Sequence record: NC_061421.1
Reading direction: 5' to 3' (one strand)
Length of the DNA stretch: 64,000 nt
The position numbers and the translations under genes were made by a program. The notes beneath the pieces were generated by a model. The model saw only the letters and a list, made by a program, of their open reading frames with translations, ran no database searches and was not told the DNA's origin. Shown here one piece after another: positions 45,515-53,660 of this stretch (position 1 is the first letter of the stretch; each line of letters begins with the position of its first letter).

Positions 45515-45544
45515 CAGACAGAGAGGCGTTTGCCTCTCTGTCTG
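45515..45544. terminator. 13-bp hairpin at a convergent junction (same family as 24709/39409)
   Basis: CAGACAGAGAGGC-GTTT-GCCTCTCTGTCTG. Confidence 0.8.
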
Positions 45545-45552
45545 CTTTGTTT

Positions 45553-46170
45553 TCATCGACGGTTTCGCAATGCGTTGACTACATCAGCGATTACACTACT
45601 GTTAATTTTGTCACCGACCACCGCAGACAGGATATCGCGGCGTTCCCGGTTGATGATCCCCATGTAATACCAGGTTACCATCATGGTGGGAAGGATAATA
45701 ATCCCCGCAAGAGTGGCGGAAGGGAGTTCCTTTTTGTCGATACAGACTACCGCTACAACAGATGTGAATACCAGGATAGTAAACGCCAACACCATGGCAA
45801 ACATGGCGCCTATCAGTCGACGTGAACGTATCTCGTATTTATCCGGTTTTGCAATTTCATTAATGACTTCGGGATGAATAACCGGGGTAGGTTGCGGAGG
45901 CGTATCGACCTCTGGTTCGGCAACATCTGGTTCAGGGTGCTCTATTTCCGAAGCATCAACCGGGGCGATTTCCAATTGCAGCCAAATTGCTTTGTTATTG
46001 TCATCCGGGTGCGCAGCGATATAATCGCGTAGATCCTTTACCGTTGAGCCGGCAGGGGGAATAGCCGGTGCAAAGAGGTGTGCCCGCATTGACAACGAAT
46101 TACCTTCACCGTCAACATAATCACTTAACTGAGTTTCATCCGGTAGTACAAGAAGTTCGCTTAATAACAT
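45553..46170 (-). CDS. Two-TM membrane protein, holin candidate
   Basis: Acidic/Pro-rich soluble N-terminus, two C-terminal hydrophobic helices, basic end; adjacent to the spanins. Confidence 0.5.
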   Translation of the reverse strand: MLLSELLVLPDETQLSDYVDGEGNSLSMRAHLFAPAIPPAGSTVKDLRDYIAAHPDDNNKAIWLQLEIAPVDASEIEHPEPDVAEPEVDTPPQPTPVIHPEVINEIAKPDKYEIRSRRLIGAMFAMVLAFTILVFTSVVAVVCIDKKELPSATLAGIIILPTMMVTWYYMGIINRERRDILSAVVGDKINSSVIADVVNALRNRR

Positions 46171-46787
46171 CAGTACACCTCGTCGTAACTCGCCATCAAT
46201 TGAAGGAAGACCTCGTTTAAAGGGGCTTTTGCATTAATCGTAAATACACGAGCATTTGCTTCTGGGGCGATTTGACTAATGGCCGACAAGTAACGTCTAC
46301 GATAAAAATCAAATTGGTCGATCAGTTCTTCTTCGATAGTGTCTTTCTTTCGATTACCAAGACGCTTGACGTGAGTGTCGTAATCAATGTCGAGATAAAA
46401 GATTGTTGGTTTATGGTCAAAGATCCCGAGACCTTCGTGGAGATTAAACAACCAATCCCAATCTTCGTCGGGGCTGTATGCGAAAGTAGAAAGCCACGAA
46501 CGATCAAGAATAACTGTGTGTCCACCTTCTAATGCGAAATTGACTTTGGCGTCAAACAATTCTTTCCGGGCCGCCACAAAGAGCAATGCTCGAGCAGCGG
46601 GTGAGGCGGGTCGTTTATTGGATGTGACAATTTCACGAATGGCCTCTGCGGGTACTGTGCTACCCGGTTCACGGAAAACAACAACAGATTCTCCACGTTC
46701 TTTTAATGCTTGTTGTAATAAAGCCACTGCTTCTGTTTTGCCGGCGCCATCTAAACCTTCTACAATCAGTAATTTTGTTCTCGACAT
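46170..46787 (-). CDS. tmk: Thymidylate (dTMP) kinase
   Basis: IVEGLDGAGKT P-loop, FREPG, LDRSWLSTFAY. Confidence 0.93.
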   Translation of the reverse strand: MSRTKLLIVEGLDGAGKTEAVALLQQALKERGESVVVFREPGSTVPAEAIREIVTSNKRPASPAARALLFVAARKELFDAKVNFALEGGHTVILDRSWLSTFAYSPDEDWDWLFNLHEGLGIFDHKPTIFYLDIDYDTHVKRLGNRKKDTIEEELIDQFDFYRRRYLSAISQIAPEANARVFTINAKAPLNEVFLQLMASYDEVY

Positions 46788-46799
46788 GTTTAATCTCTT

Positions 46800-47390
46800 T
46801 TAAATAATACCTTGGAGTTCCAGTTGCCATTTTAAGCACAACCAGAATCCAATGGCGATAGAGTCGATACTGTGTTCGTCAAGGTCATCTATAACGACGT
46901 CGTCATCGACCAATAATTTCTTTTCTTTAATCAGAAGTTTAATAGCCTTTCTGACCGATTCCTTGTCCCCACCTCTTCCAGGTGCGCCGACTGCCTTTTT
47001 CGCGGTCGGAGGATCAATGAGGAACAAAGGAAGAGTATTTTTGTATGCCCATACCGCTTCCCTGGCCATCACGATTCCTTCGACCAACGACTGAAACGCA
47101 GAAACAAACTTCAGTTTCATGTATGCTGATTCACACGATACTAATTGGGGCGCAAAATAATTTAACCGCTCGATAAGAAATTCCCTACACTTCGAATGAC
47201 GCGCCCCGCGATCACCTAAGACGAGTTCCATACTGGTTTCAGTTAATACACGGTTCGCATGAAAAGTTTCTGCGTGCCGGAGAATGAATTTTTTCTTTTC
47301 GAAATCATAATCGATAACGGAAATCCCAAAGCAATGGCTACCAGGATCAATACCCACAATACGGAAACACTCGTCGTTCATGATCTTCAC
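46800..47390 (-). CDS. ruvC: RuvC-like Holliday junction resolvase
   Basis: IVGIDPGS, VSCES, PPTAKKAVG...DKESV, EHSIDSIAIG. Confidence 0.9.
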   Translation of the reverse strand: MKIMNDECFRIVGIDPGSHCFGISVIDYDFEKKKFILRHAETFHANRVLTETSMELVLGDRGARHSKCREFLIERLNYFAPQLVSCESAYMKLKFVSAFQSLVEGIVMAREAVWAYKNTLPLFLIDPPTAKKAVGAPGRGGDKESVRKAIKLLIKEKKLLVDDDVVIDDLDEHSIDSIAIGFWLCLKWQLELQGII

Positions 47391-47429
47391 CTGTCCCTAC
47401 CTCATTATAAATGTTGATTCCATAAAATA

Positions 47430-47457
47430 AGAAAGAGGGTCCGAGGACCCTCTTTCT
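47430..47457 (-). terminator. 13-bp hairpin followed after 5 nt by TATG
   Basis: AGAAAGAGGGTCC-GA-GGACCCTCTTTCT; CATA at 47421-47424. Confidence 0.8.
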
Positions 47458-47466
47458 ACCTGGTGA

Positions 47467-48612
47467 TTATTCAACGCTTTCAATATCGTAACGCAGTTGT
47501 GCCTGACCTACAATGAAGGACGTCGTTGACGGAGTGAGCGTCACAGTTTCGGTCCAACCGTAAACGGAACGAACGCGATTGATAGCGGTCACCCTCGCGT
47601 TGGTGAATGCAGTAGTCAACCGCGCTTTATTCGCTTCGGTATTCATTGTACTCCAGTTTGCGGCAATTTTACCTACGATAGCCTGTACCAAACTGCTGTC
47701 GGTGATTTCCGTGCCGATACGATAAAGCTGGATTGCATTCTGGTAATCGGAGAAATCTAGCGGGCGAGTTAATAACAGTGCAGAATAACGGTTGGTTCCG
47801 ATACCAGTCGGATAATCCATTCCCACCATTGCACCTACCTGCAGACTGTTCAGCGATATCGTCGGCGGGTATTCTAACCCCTCCAGTACGGAAACAAAAT
47901 TGTCCAGTGCGACAGCGGATGGGTATTTCAGACCATCGAGTGTAGTCACGGTGATCAGATTATTAAGATCCTGACTTCCCGGGTATTCCAGTCCATCCAG
48001 ATCGGTTTCCAGAATCACACTGTCCAGATCAAAAATAGACGGGTAATAAAGTCCGTCCATCGCCGTCTGGCGAACACTCCACGTAATTCCCGCAAAGCTA
48101 TTCGGTTCAAACGCTTCGAGGTTGTCAGTGATTATCGAAGCGAGGGAGGTTTTGGTGTTTCTCAGGTAGAAGTTTACTGATCCTACCCAACTCCAACTCG
48201 TTTCGGCAATGGGCCAGCTGATGAAGATCTCGCTATCTCCGGCATCGGTGTTAAGGTCAAGTAACCCTGGAGCAAAATCGCTGTCTTCAAACGGCGGGAG
48301 GCCATAAGTCGCACAGAGAGATTCGAGGATTTTTCGGTTGGTTAACCCTGACCCTGCTTGTACGTGCAGCTCGATGCCTTTGAATAACGTTTGGAAATTA
48401 CGTTTAAAAACCCCGATGTCATCCCGAACGCCAAAGTAACGCCCCGATAGGTCTTTAACAATAAACCGCTGACGAGATTCGAAAGAATCAAATTCCCCAC
48501 GCTGGACATCAAGGTTTTCAGCTGTGAAATCTGACCCATAATCAGCATTGGCCTTATTGATTAACCCGACAATCTCAGCTTCTATAGTAGGATAACCAAA
48601 AATAGTGCTCAT
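47467..48612 (-). CDS. Baseplate/tail-fibre-associated protein (phiKZ gp131-family-like) with L[DE]G[LM]xYP repeats
   Basis: LINKAN...FT start of a gp131-like domain; five DGLxYP-type repeats. Confidence 0.65.
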   Translation of the reverse strand: MSTIFGYPTIEAEIVGLINKANADYGSDFTAENLDVQRGEFDSFESRQRFIVKDLSGRYFGVRDDIGVFKRNFQTLFKGIELHVQAGSGLTNRKILESLCATYGLPPFEDSDFAPGLLDLNTDAGDSEIFISWPIAETSWSWVGSVNFYLRNTKTSLASIITDNLEAFEPNSFAGITWSVRQTAMDGLYYPSIFDLDSVILETDLDGLEYPGSQDLNNLITVTTLDGLKYPSAVALDNFVSVLEGLEYPPTISLNSLQVGAMVGMDYPTGIGTNRYSALLLTRPLDFSDYQNAIQLYRIGTEITDSSLVQAIVGKIAANWSTMNTEANKARLTTAFTNARVTAINRVRSVYGWTETVTLTPSTTSFIVGQAQLRYDIESVE

Positions 48613-48626
48613 TCAGTCATCCTCTT

Positions 48627-49544
48627 TTAAGCCAGCGATTTAATGGTCGCCGTGATTCCTGAAGTTGTGGAGGCGGTTGTCACGCTGTTACTTGTCAGCA
48701 TAGGTTCGTTAGCCCCCATTTCGAGAGTAATCACAAAACCTTGGTTATCGAAGGACAACTGCCGATAAGTGGAGAGCCAGGTAAGTACCTGAGCGTAAAT
48801 CGCCTCGACCATGTTAATCTGTGCACCACCCGGACCTGTGGCTTGTACGCTGCGCTGAATAGCGGAAACCAACCCGATTTCAGAGATGATCGCCCGCTTC
48901 TGGGATCCGTAGAGAATACTGGCGACGTTGTTCAATTCAGCAACGTCGTTCTCGTCAAACGGAACATCGACTTCCATACTGGCAGTGAGATATTCCGAGT
49001 TAGTGGTGGTCGCTTGTGCCGAAGTCAACGTCGGGCGTGTCGGGAAAAGGTTCGATGAGTTTGGTACGAATTCTGTGGTCGTAGACTCACCGTCAATCAC
49101 GACGGTATGACGCAACGTTGGTTTAGCGGCTGACAAGTCGATCTTCTTCAGGTAGTAAGAAAAATAGTTTACGCCGTTTAAATTCTCTAACTTACGCAGA
49201 GCGTAGTTAGCTCGTTCGGATGCGGAAAGGTCGTTGGTTTCTAAACGCATGACAAACGGGATCATGTTAAACGGACCGAAATCAGCAGCGGTGTGCTGAG
49301 CTGGTTCGATAATGATTTCGTTATCAGCAGCGGGGACGTTATAATGCCCTTTATCGCCAATACAGTAATACCCGAAGGCGGGGCGATCAGTAGTCGCGAT
49401 CTGTGCATCTGCGTTAATGCTCAGTCTTTCATTCAGCGTAGTGTACGCAAGCTTCGTGATTGAAAGTCCAGGTAAGAGGTGGGTTTGCAGTAAACCGCTA
49501 AGCGCCGTCCGCGCGATAAGGTTAGTGTTTGTGCTGGCACTCAT
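48627..49544 (-). CDS. Conserved baseplate/tail structural protein, 305 aa
   Basis: Within the baseplate cluster; FGYYCIGDKGH and PFVMRLETNDL segments recalled from phiKZ-like virion proteins. Confidence 0.6.
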   Translation of the reverse strand: MSASTNTNLIARTALSGLLQTHLLPGLSITKLAYTTLNERLSINADAQIATTDRPAFGYYCIGDKGHYNVPAADNEIIIEPAQHTAADFGPFNMIPFVMRLETNDLSASERANYALRKLENLNGVNYFSYYLKKIDLSAAKPTLRHTVVIDGESTTTEFVPNSSNLFPTRPTLTSAQATTTNSEYLTASMEVDVPFDENDVAELNNVASILYGSQKRAIISEIGLVSAIQRSVQATGPGGAQINMVEAIYAQVLTWLSTYRQLSFDNQGFVITLEMGANEPMLTSNSVTTASTTSGITATIKSLA

Positions 49545-49609
49545 TTTTAAGTCCTATGCAATAAACGAGAAAAGGGTCACGCCGAAACAGGACGGCGAAT
49601 GTCATAAAA

Positions 49610-49641
49610 AGCGAAGGAGAGCAGAAACGCTCTCCTTCGCT
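49610..49641 (-). terminator. 13-bp hairpin followed after 3 nt by TATG
   Basis: AGCGAAGGAGAGC-AGAAAC-GCTCTCCTTCGCT; CATA at 49603-49606. Confidence 0.8.
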
Positions 49642-49653
49642 ATATTTTATCGA

Positions 49654-50196
49654 TTAAGAACCGGCAGAGAATCCGTCCTGAGTATTAGGAATTTCGGCGG
49701 TGTTCAATCTTGTTTCGGAAGACGTAATCACAAGAGTGATATTACCAAACAACGTCAAGTGATCAGCAACGATGGTAACGCCAACCGATACGGTTTCATC
49801 AACATTCGTCACCGGGTCAGCAACTGTAATGTCGGACGCAACCATCGATGAAGAAAAATTGGCCACGAGATAAGCCAGTGCAGAGGCAGCGGCATGTGAA
49901 GCGTCCCAGTTACTGAGGTCGTCAGTAATAGCTTTCTCGATGTTATAGCTCGCAATGTCTTTACGAACGTAATAAACGGTTTTCGCTTCCCCATAAACCA
50001 GGGTTGAGGTCGAAACTGGCGTGAGTAGAACGCTAGTATTGGCGCCATCATCTCTTCCCGATACTGCGGTAATCGCAGTAGCAGTGAGATCGTCGTCAGT
50101 AAATACCGCTCCATCCGGAAGCGCGGTTGTTGACTTGGTTAACAGGTCATAGAACGCGGCTTTGGGAGTTTTGGTTAAATCAAGAGCGACTGCCAT
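49654..50196 (-). CDS. Short gp131-family-like virion protein, 180 aa
   Basis: FYDLL...NT.V.L....Y.R domain shared with the neighbouring gene; host-like codon usage. Confidence 0.6.
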   Translation of the reverse strand: MAVALDLTKTPKAAFYDLLTKSTTALPDGAVFTDDDLTATAITAVSGRDDGANTSVLLTPVSTSTLVYGEAKTVYYVRKDIASYNIEKAITDDLSNWDASHAAASALAYLVANFSSSMVASDITVADPVTNVDETVSVGVTIVADHLTLFGNITLVITSSETRLNTAEIPNTQDGFSAGS

Positions 50197-50229
50197 AATA
50201 TCGTTTTCCTTTTCTGTTTACTACGTATC

Positions 50230-51072
50230 TTAACTCAAATTGTAGTGTAAGATTAAATGCCCTGCGACATTCGTACATAAGGTGGTGTCCAGATGGATCA
50301 CAACGCAGCGCTCGTAATTGGTATTAACGTAAACCGGGGCGGATGACGTGAGGCCGTTATACCAGACAGTTGCGCCGGCCATATTCCATTCAGCCGGAGT
50401 AGGCGTGTTGACCCACTGATCTGGAGATTTACGGTTTAGAATAGTGAGTAGTTCACCCTCGATCAAATCCCCATAACCGAATCGCTGCATGTTATCGGCA
50501 TCGTAGGTATAGTCCTGAGCGTAGAGATAAAGCGGCCCCTGAATTTTTACTGACTGATTAGTTGGGTAAGCTAACCCAGCAAGATCGGTGTTACGAATGA
50601 CGGTATCGATGGCCTTTTTCGGGTCGCCGATGTTGACTTCTAAAATCCCAGTAAAAGCAGGGCAGGTTGGCCTGACTCGTAACTGAGTCACAGTGGGGAC
50701 AGTACTGAGGTTCAGGACTTCGTCATAGATGTCTTCTGCGGCTAACTGGAAACCGAAGTTCAAGTTAATCTCCGCTAGAAGATCTGATTTTTTAAACTTG
50801 TTACTGGCGGAAACGTACACTTGGACATCACTGAAAATCTGGGCAAGGTTCGGACGGTTCCAGGTTAATGTCACTTCCCCTTCACGTCCCATCCCGGGAA
50901 TAGCCATCAATTTACCGACAGTATTACGGGCAGTATCGCCATTCGTATTTTCGGTAAAATTGGTTAAGCGTACTTGGTCTTGTGTAAAGTCACTGTCCGG
51001 GTTCGCCTCTTTGATCAAGTCGAAAACCAGCTCATCCGTCGGCTTATTGTAATACCCATTCGCTGCAGCCAT
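50230..51072 (-). CDS. gp131-family-like baseplate/fibre-attachment protein, 280 aa
   Basis: LVFDLIKEANP...RNT...G.G..G.V.L.WNR.NL motif; LAGLAYP. Confidence 0.65.
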   Translation of the reverse strand: MAAANGYYNKPTDELVFDLIKEANPDSDFTQDQVRLTNFTENTNGDTARNTVGKLMAIPGMGREGEVTLTWNRPNLAQIFSDVQVYVSASNKFKKSDLLAEINLNFGFQLAAEDIYDEVLNLSTVPTVTQLRVRPTCPAFTGILEVNIGDPKKAIDTVIRNTDLAGLAYPTNQSVKIQGPLYLYAQDYTYDADNMQRFGYGDLIEGELLTILNRKSPDQWVNTPTPAEWNMAGATVWYNGLTSSAPVYVNTNYERCVVIHLDTTLCTNVAGHLILHYNLS

Positions 51073-51112
51073 TATAGACTCCGTTAAAATAAAATTCGAT
51101 TATGTCATAACA

Positions 51113-51136
51113 AAAAAGGCGGTCTCCCGCCTTTTT
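51113..51136 (-). terminator. Hairpin with GAGA loop and T-tract, followed by TATG
   Basis: Minus strand AAAAAGGCGG-GAGA-CCGCCTTTTT-TGT-TATG. Confidence 0.8.
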
Positions 51137-51151
51137 CATTTATTGTACGTA

Positions 51152-53596
51152 TTACTCGAAAGTGAGAAGCGTATCAGTGGGGAAGTACTCATTTAACCGT
51201 AAAGGTTCGGCGAACCCCAACAGGGTATCTGGCATGACTTGCCAGAGCTGTACTCTCGGAATGTCTTTAACCCACAGACCGTCTAAGACAGTATTGGACA
51301 GCGACAATGCAGGATCAGGTTGGACCTTGTTGACCCACAGACCATTAAGGTTCCGAACGAGGACTTCCGTCTGGAGTAAGTCATCCACTTGCGGTGGGTA
51401 GACCCAGAGACCCGGGAGCGCTAACGTCGTGATTATGTCTTCTATCGGTCGGTATGTAACATGATATAGCCACAATCCGTTAAGCGCTGTATTACTGACA
51501 TCCAGCTCAATGTCTTTGGTCAAAGAGCCTTTGAAACGAACTTCAGCAATCGGGATACGATGAATCGTTTTGATTGCAGTGTCGCAAAGGAACCCAATTC
51601 CCCAATCCAGTTTGTAGTAGTAATTGGCGTAGATCTGTTTCAGGTCAAGGTTAATCGATCTGAACGGAGGAACGTCCGTCGAGGACTTCGCCCTTTGTTT
51701 CTGGTTGATCACTTCCACTCGTGACGGAAGTTGAACTTTACCATAACCTTTACTCTCAACATTACCATACCGGACCGCTAGATTATCCAAAACAATACCG
51801 GGAGCAGCAATCGTTTTATGAACGTACTGGACGCCATAAGACGAAAGCTGAGTCATGATCCCGATCATCGCTGTGTGGATATCTGATATACTGATCGTTG
51901 AGCGCAAGTCAGACCCGGTTGCTACGGTAAAAATACTCAGCGCAAACTCGGACCATTCTGTCGGGGTGGTCATGCTCAACTTCCAGTTCTTCTCTTTAAA
52001 CCACTCTGTGTAAGTGGTAGGCGTGTCAATCAGTACGCACAATTCATCGCAATAAAACTTACGACACAGAACTTCCCACTCCCCGCGTTGATAGAAATCT
52101 TCCATCGAAGTATACATCATACGGTGTGCAGAGATGTTCCCTTGAATAGCCACTGCGGTCGAATAAAAGGCTTCGGTAGAGATAATACTGTTGACCAAGG
52201 TAGTTTCCGTCATGGCGACCTGAATCCCTAACTCAGTCACGTATTTTTTCTGCGTGGCGCGACGTAACTCCGAAAATGTTGGGGTCGGGATTCGTTGCGC
52301 AAAGAAAGCAGTGAGGTTGGGGATATCTGTCAACGTCACTTCAAATTGTTGCATGACGCTGTACACCCAAAGAATCAACGCTTCTTTAACTGACATTGAC
52401 ATCGCTTCCTGACTAACAGGATCAGTCAGAATGATGTTCGCCGTGTACTTCCCGTGTGAAGCTAAATAGATCCACTCGGTCAGTAATGTGTCGGTCAACT
52501 TCCGTGGCATCGCATCGGACTGATCAACCATTACCGATTCAAGTACTTTTGTCGGCAGGACGTTAGTGATTGCATTCTTCACCATGTCAGGAACGACGGT
52601 CTGTTGTGTTTCCAGATAATCAGCGTTATCCTTTGCCGAGTTCACCTCGTTAGCTAACGCGTCTTCAATGGTGATGTACTGGATACCACTAACAGATTCT
52701 GCCAGGGTGTTCTGTGGGACTTTGGCAATAGTACCGGCAGAATAAATGTTCTCGCTTACTGAGGTTACGTCTTGCTGAATTTCGTAAGCCGTCAACGGAA
52801 TTCTGCGGTCAGTAAGGATATTGGCAATCAGGTCGACAAATGTGTCGGTTTTACCAGCGTGAGCCTCAATGTACTCTATGTTACGGTAGAGGTAAAGACT
52901 CTGTTTAAGACTGGCATAATCTTTAAACTGATTCAGTCTTTCGTGCGAACCCAAATAACACCATAAATGATAACTGTGAACTTGAGGTGTGCGCACATAC
53001 CGGTTACGGATATTGATGATCTCGCCGGGTAGGTGTGTGAATAATAGTCCAAAGAAAGTGGCCGGGTACTGAACCTGTACTCTGGCTGGTAAAGGCATAT
53101 ACCAACGTTGGACAAAGTTGTTGATCCAAACCTGGAGATCAGCGATTAAATAGACCTCTTGACTTTCGACTTCGTCTGAATCGTAATACAAGATTTCCCA
53201 GTCATCTGCTGCCAGAATCTTATCCATAGATACAGGGTTCAATATCCCGCGAATCAATGTTTCTTGATTCGGGTAGCGCGATAGCAAGTTCTGGTAATAG
53301 CTACTACCAAAACTATACGCCTTTCGAGTGGCGCGGTGTAACAACAGGTTATCATATGTGAAGTCGATCGTCTCCAGTGTATCTAACGATACGACGGTCA
53401 TAGGGGTATCGCTGGCGTGGTATAACCCCGCCAGATTCATATAGTACGCCCATGTCGACGGAGAGTCTGGATCTACAGTATAACCTATTTGGCTCAGGTA
53501 ATTATTACGCATCGCTGCCGCAGCAGGAAACTTTAAGGTCAATGTTTGTGCTAAATTAATGACACTGTCTAAATACAATTTCTGCGTGGTATCCAC
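51152..53596 (-). CDS. Baseplate wedge-like protein (divergent from the portal, SPN3US gp82-like by position)
   Basis: 814 aa; GTG start with GAGGAG SD; W.YYMNLAG.YH..D motif; C-terminal LxGLW repeats. Confidence 0.7.
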   Translation of the reverse strand: MDTTQKLYLDSVINLAQTLTLKFPAAAAMRNNYLSQIGYTVDPDSPSTWAYYMNLAGLYHASDTPMTVVSLDTLETIDFTYDNLLLHRATRKAYSFGSSYYQNLLSRYPNQETLIRGILNPVSMDKILAADDWEILYYDSDEVESQEVYLIADLQVWINNFVQRWYMPLPARVQVQYPATFFGLLFTHLPGEIINIRNRYVRTPQVHSYHLWCYLGSHERLNQFKDYASLKQSLYLYRNIEYIEAHAGKTDTFVDLIANILTDRRIPLTAYEIQQDVTSVSENIYSAGTIAKVPQNTLAESVSGIQYITIEDALANEVNSAKDNADYLETQQTVVPDMVKNAITNVLPTKVLESVMVDQSDAMPRKLTDTLLTEWIYLASHGKYTANIILTDPVSQEAMSMSVKEALILWVYSVMQQFEVTLTDIPNLTAFFAQRIPTPTFSELRRATQKKYVTELGIQVAMTETTLVNSIISTEAFYSTAVAIQGNISAHRMMYTSMEDFYQRGEWEVLCRKFYCDELCVLIDTPTTYTEWFKEKNWKLSMTTPTEWSEFALSIFTVATGSDLRSTISISDIHTAMIGIMTQLSSYGVQYVHKTIAAPGIVLDNLAVRYGNVESKGYGKVQLPSRVEVINQKQRAKSSTDVPPFRSINLDLKQIYANYYYKLDWGIGFLCDTAIKTIHRIPIAEVRFKGSLTKDIELDVSNTALNGLWLYHVTYRPIEDIITTLALPGLWVYPPQVDDLLQTEVLVRNLNGLWVNKVQPDPALSLSNTVLDGLWVKDIPRVQLWQVMPDTLLGFAEPLRLNEYFPTDTLLTFE

Positions 53597-53660
53597 CGAG
53601 CAGTCTCCTCAACAGAACAATCGATTCCCCTTTTCAGAGTGAGAGAAGGATTCTGAATTT

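Noticed and set aside
44972-45556. 194-aa minus-strand ORF starting with an ATGA overlap at the holin-like stop
   Set aside because: It runs straight through the terminator hairpin and is antisense to two spanin frames; triple coding is implausible.
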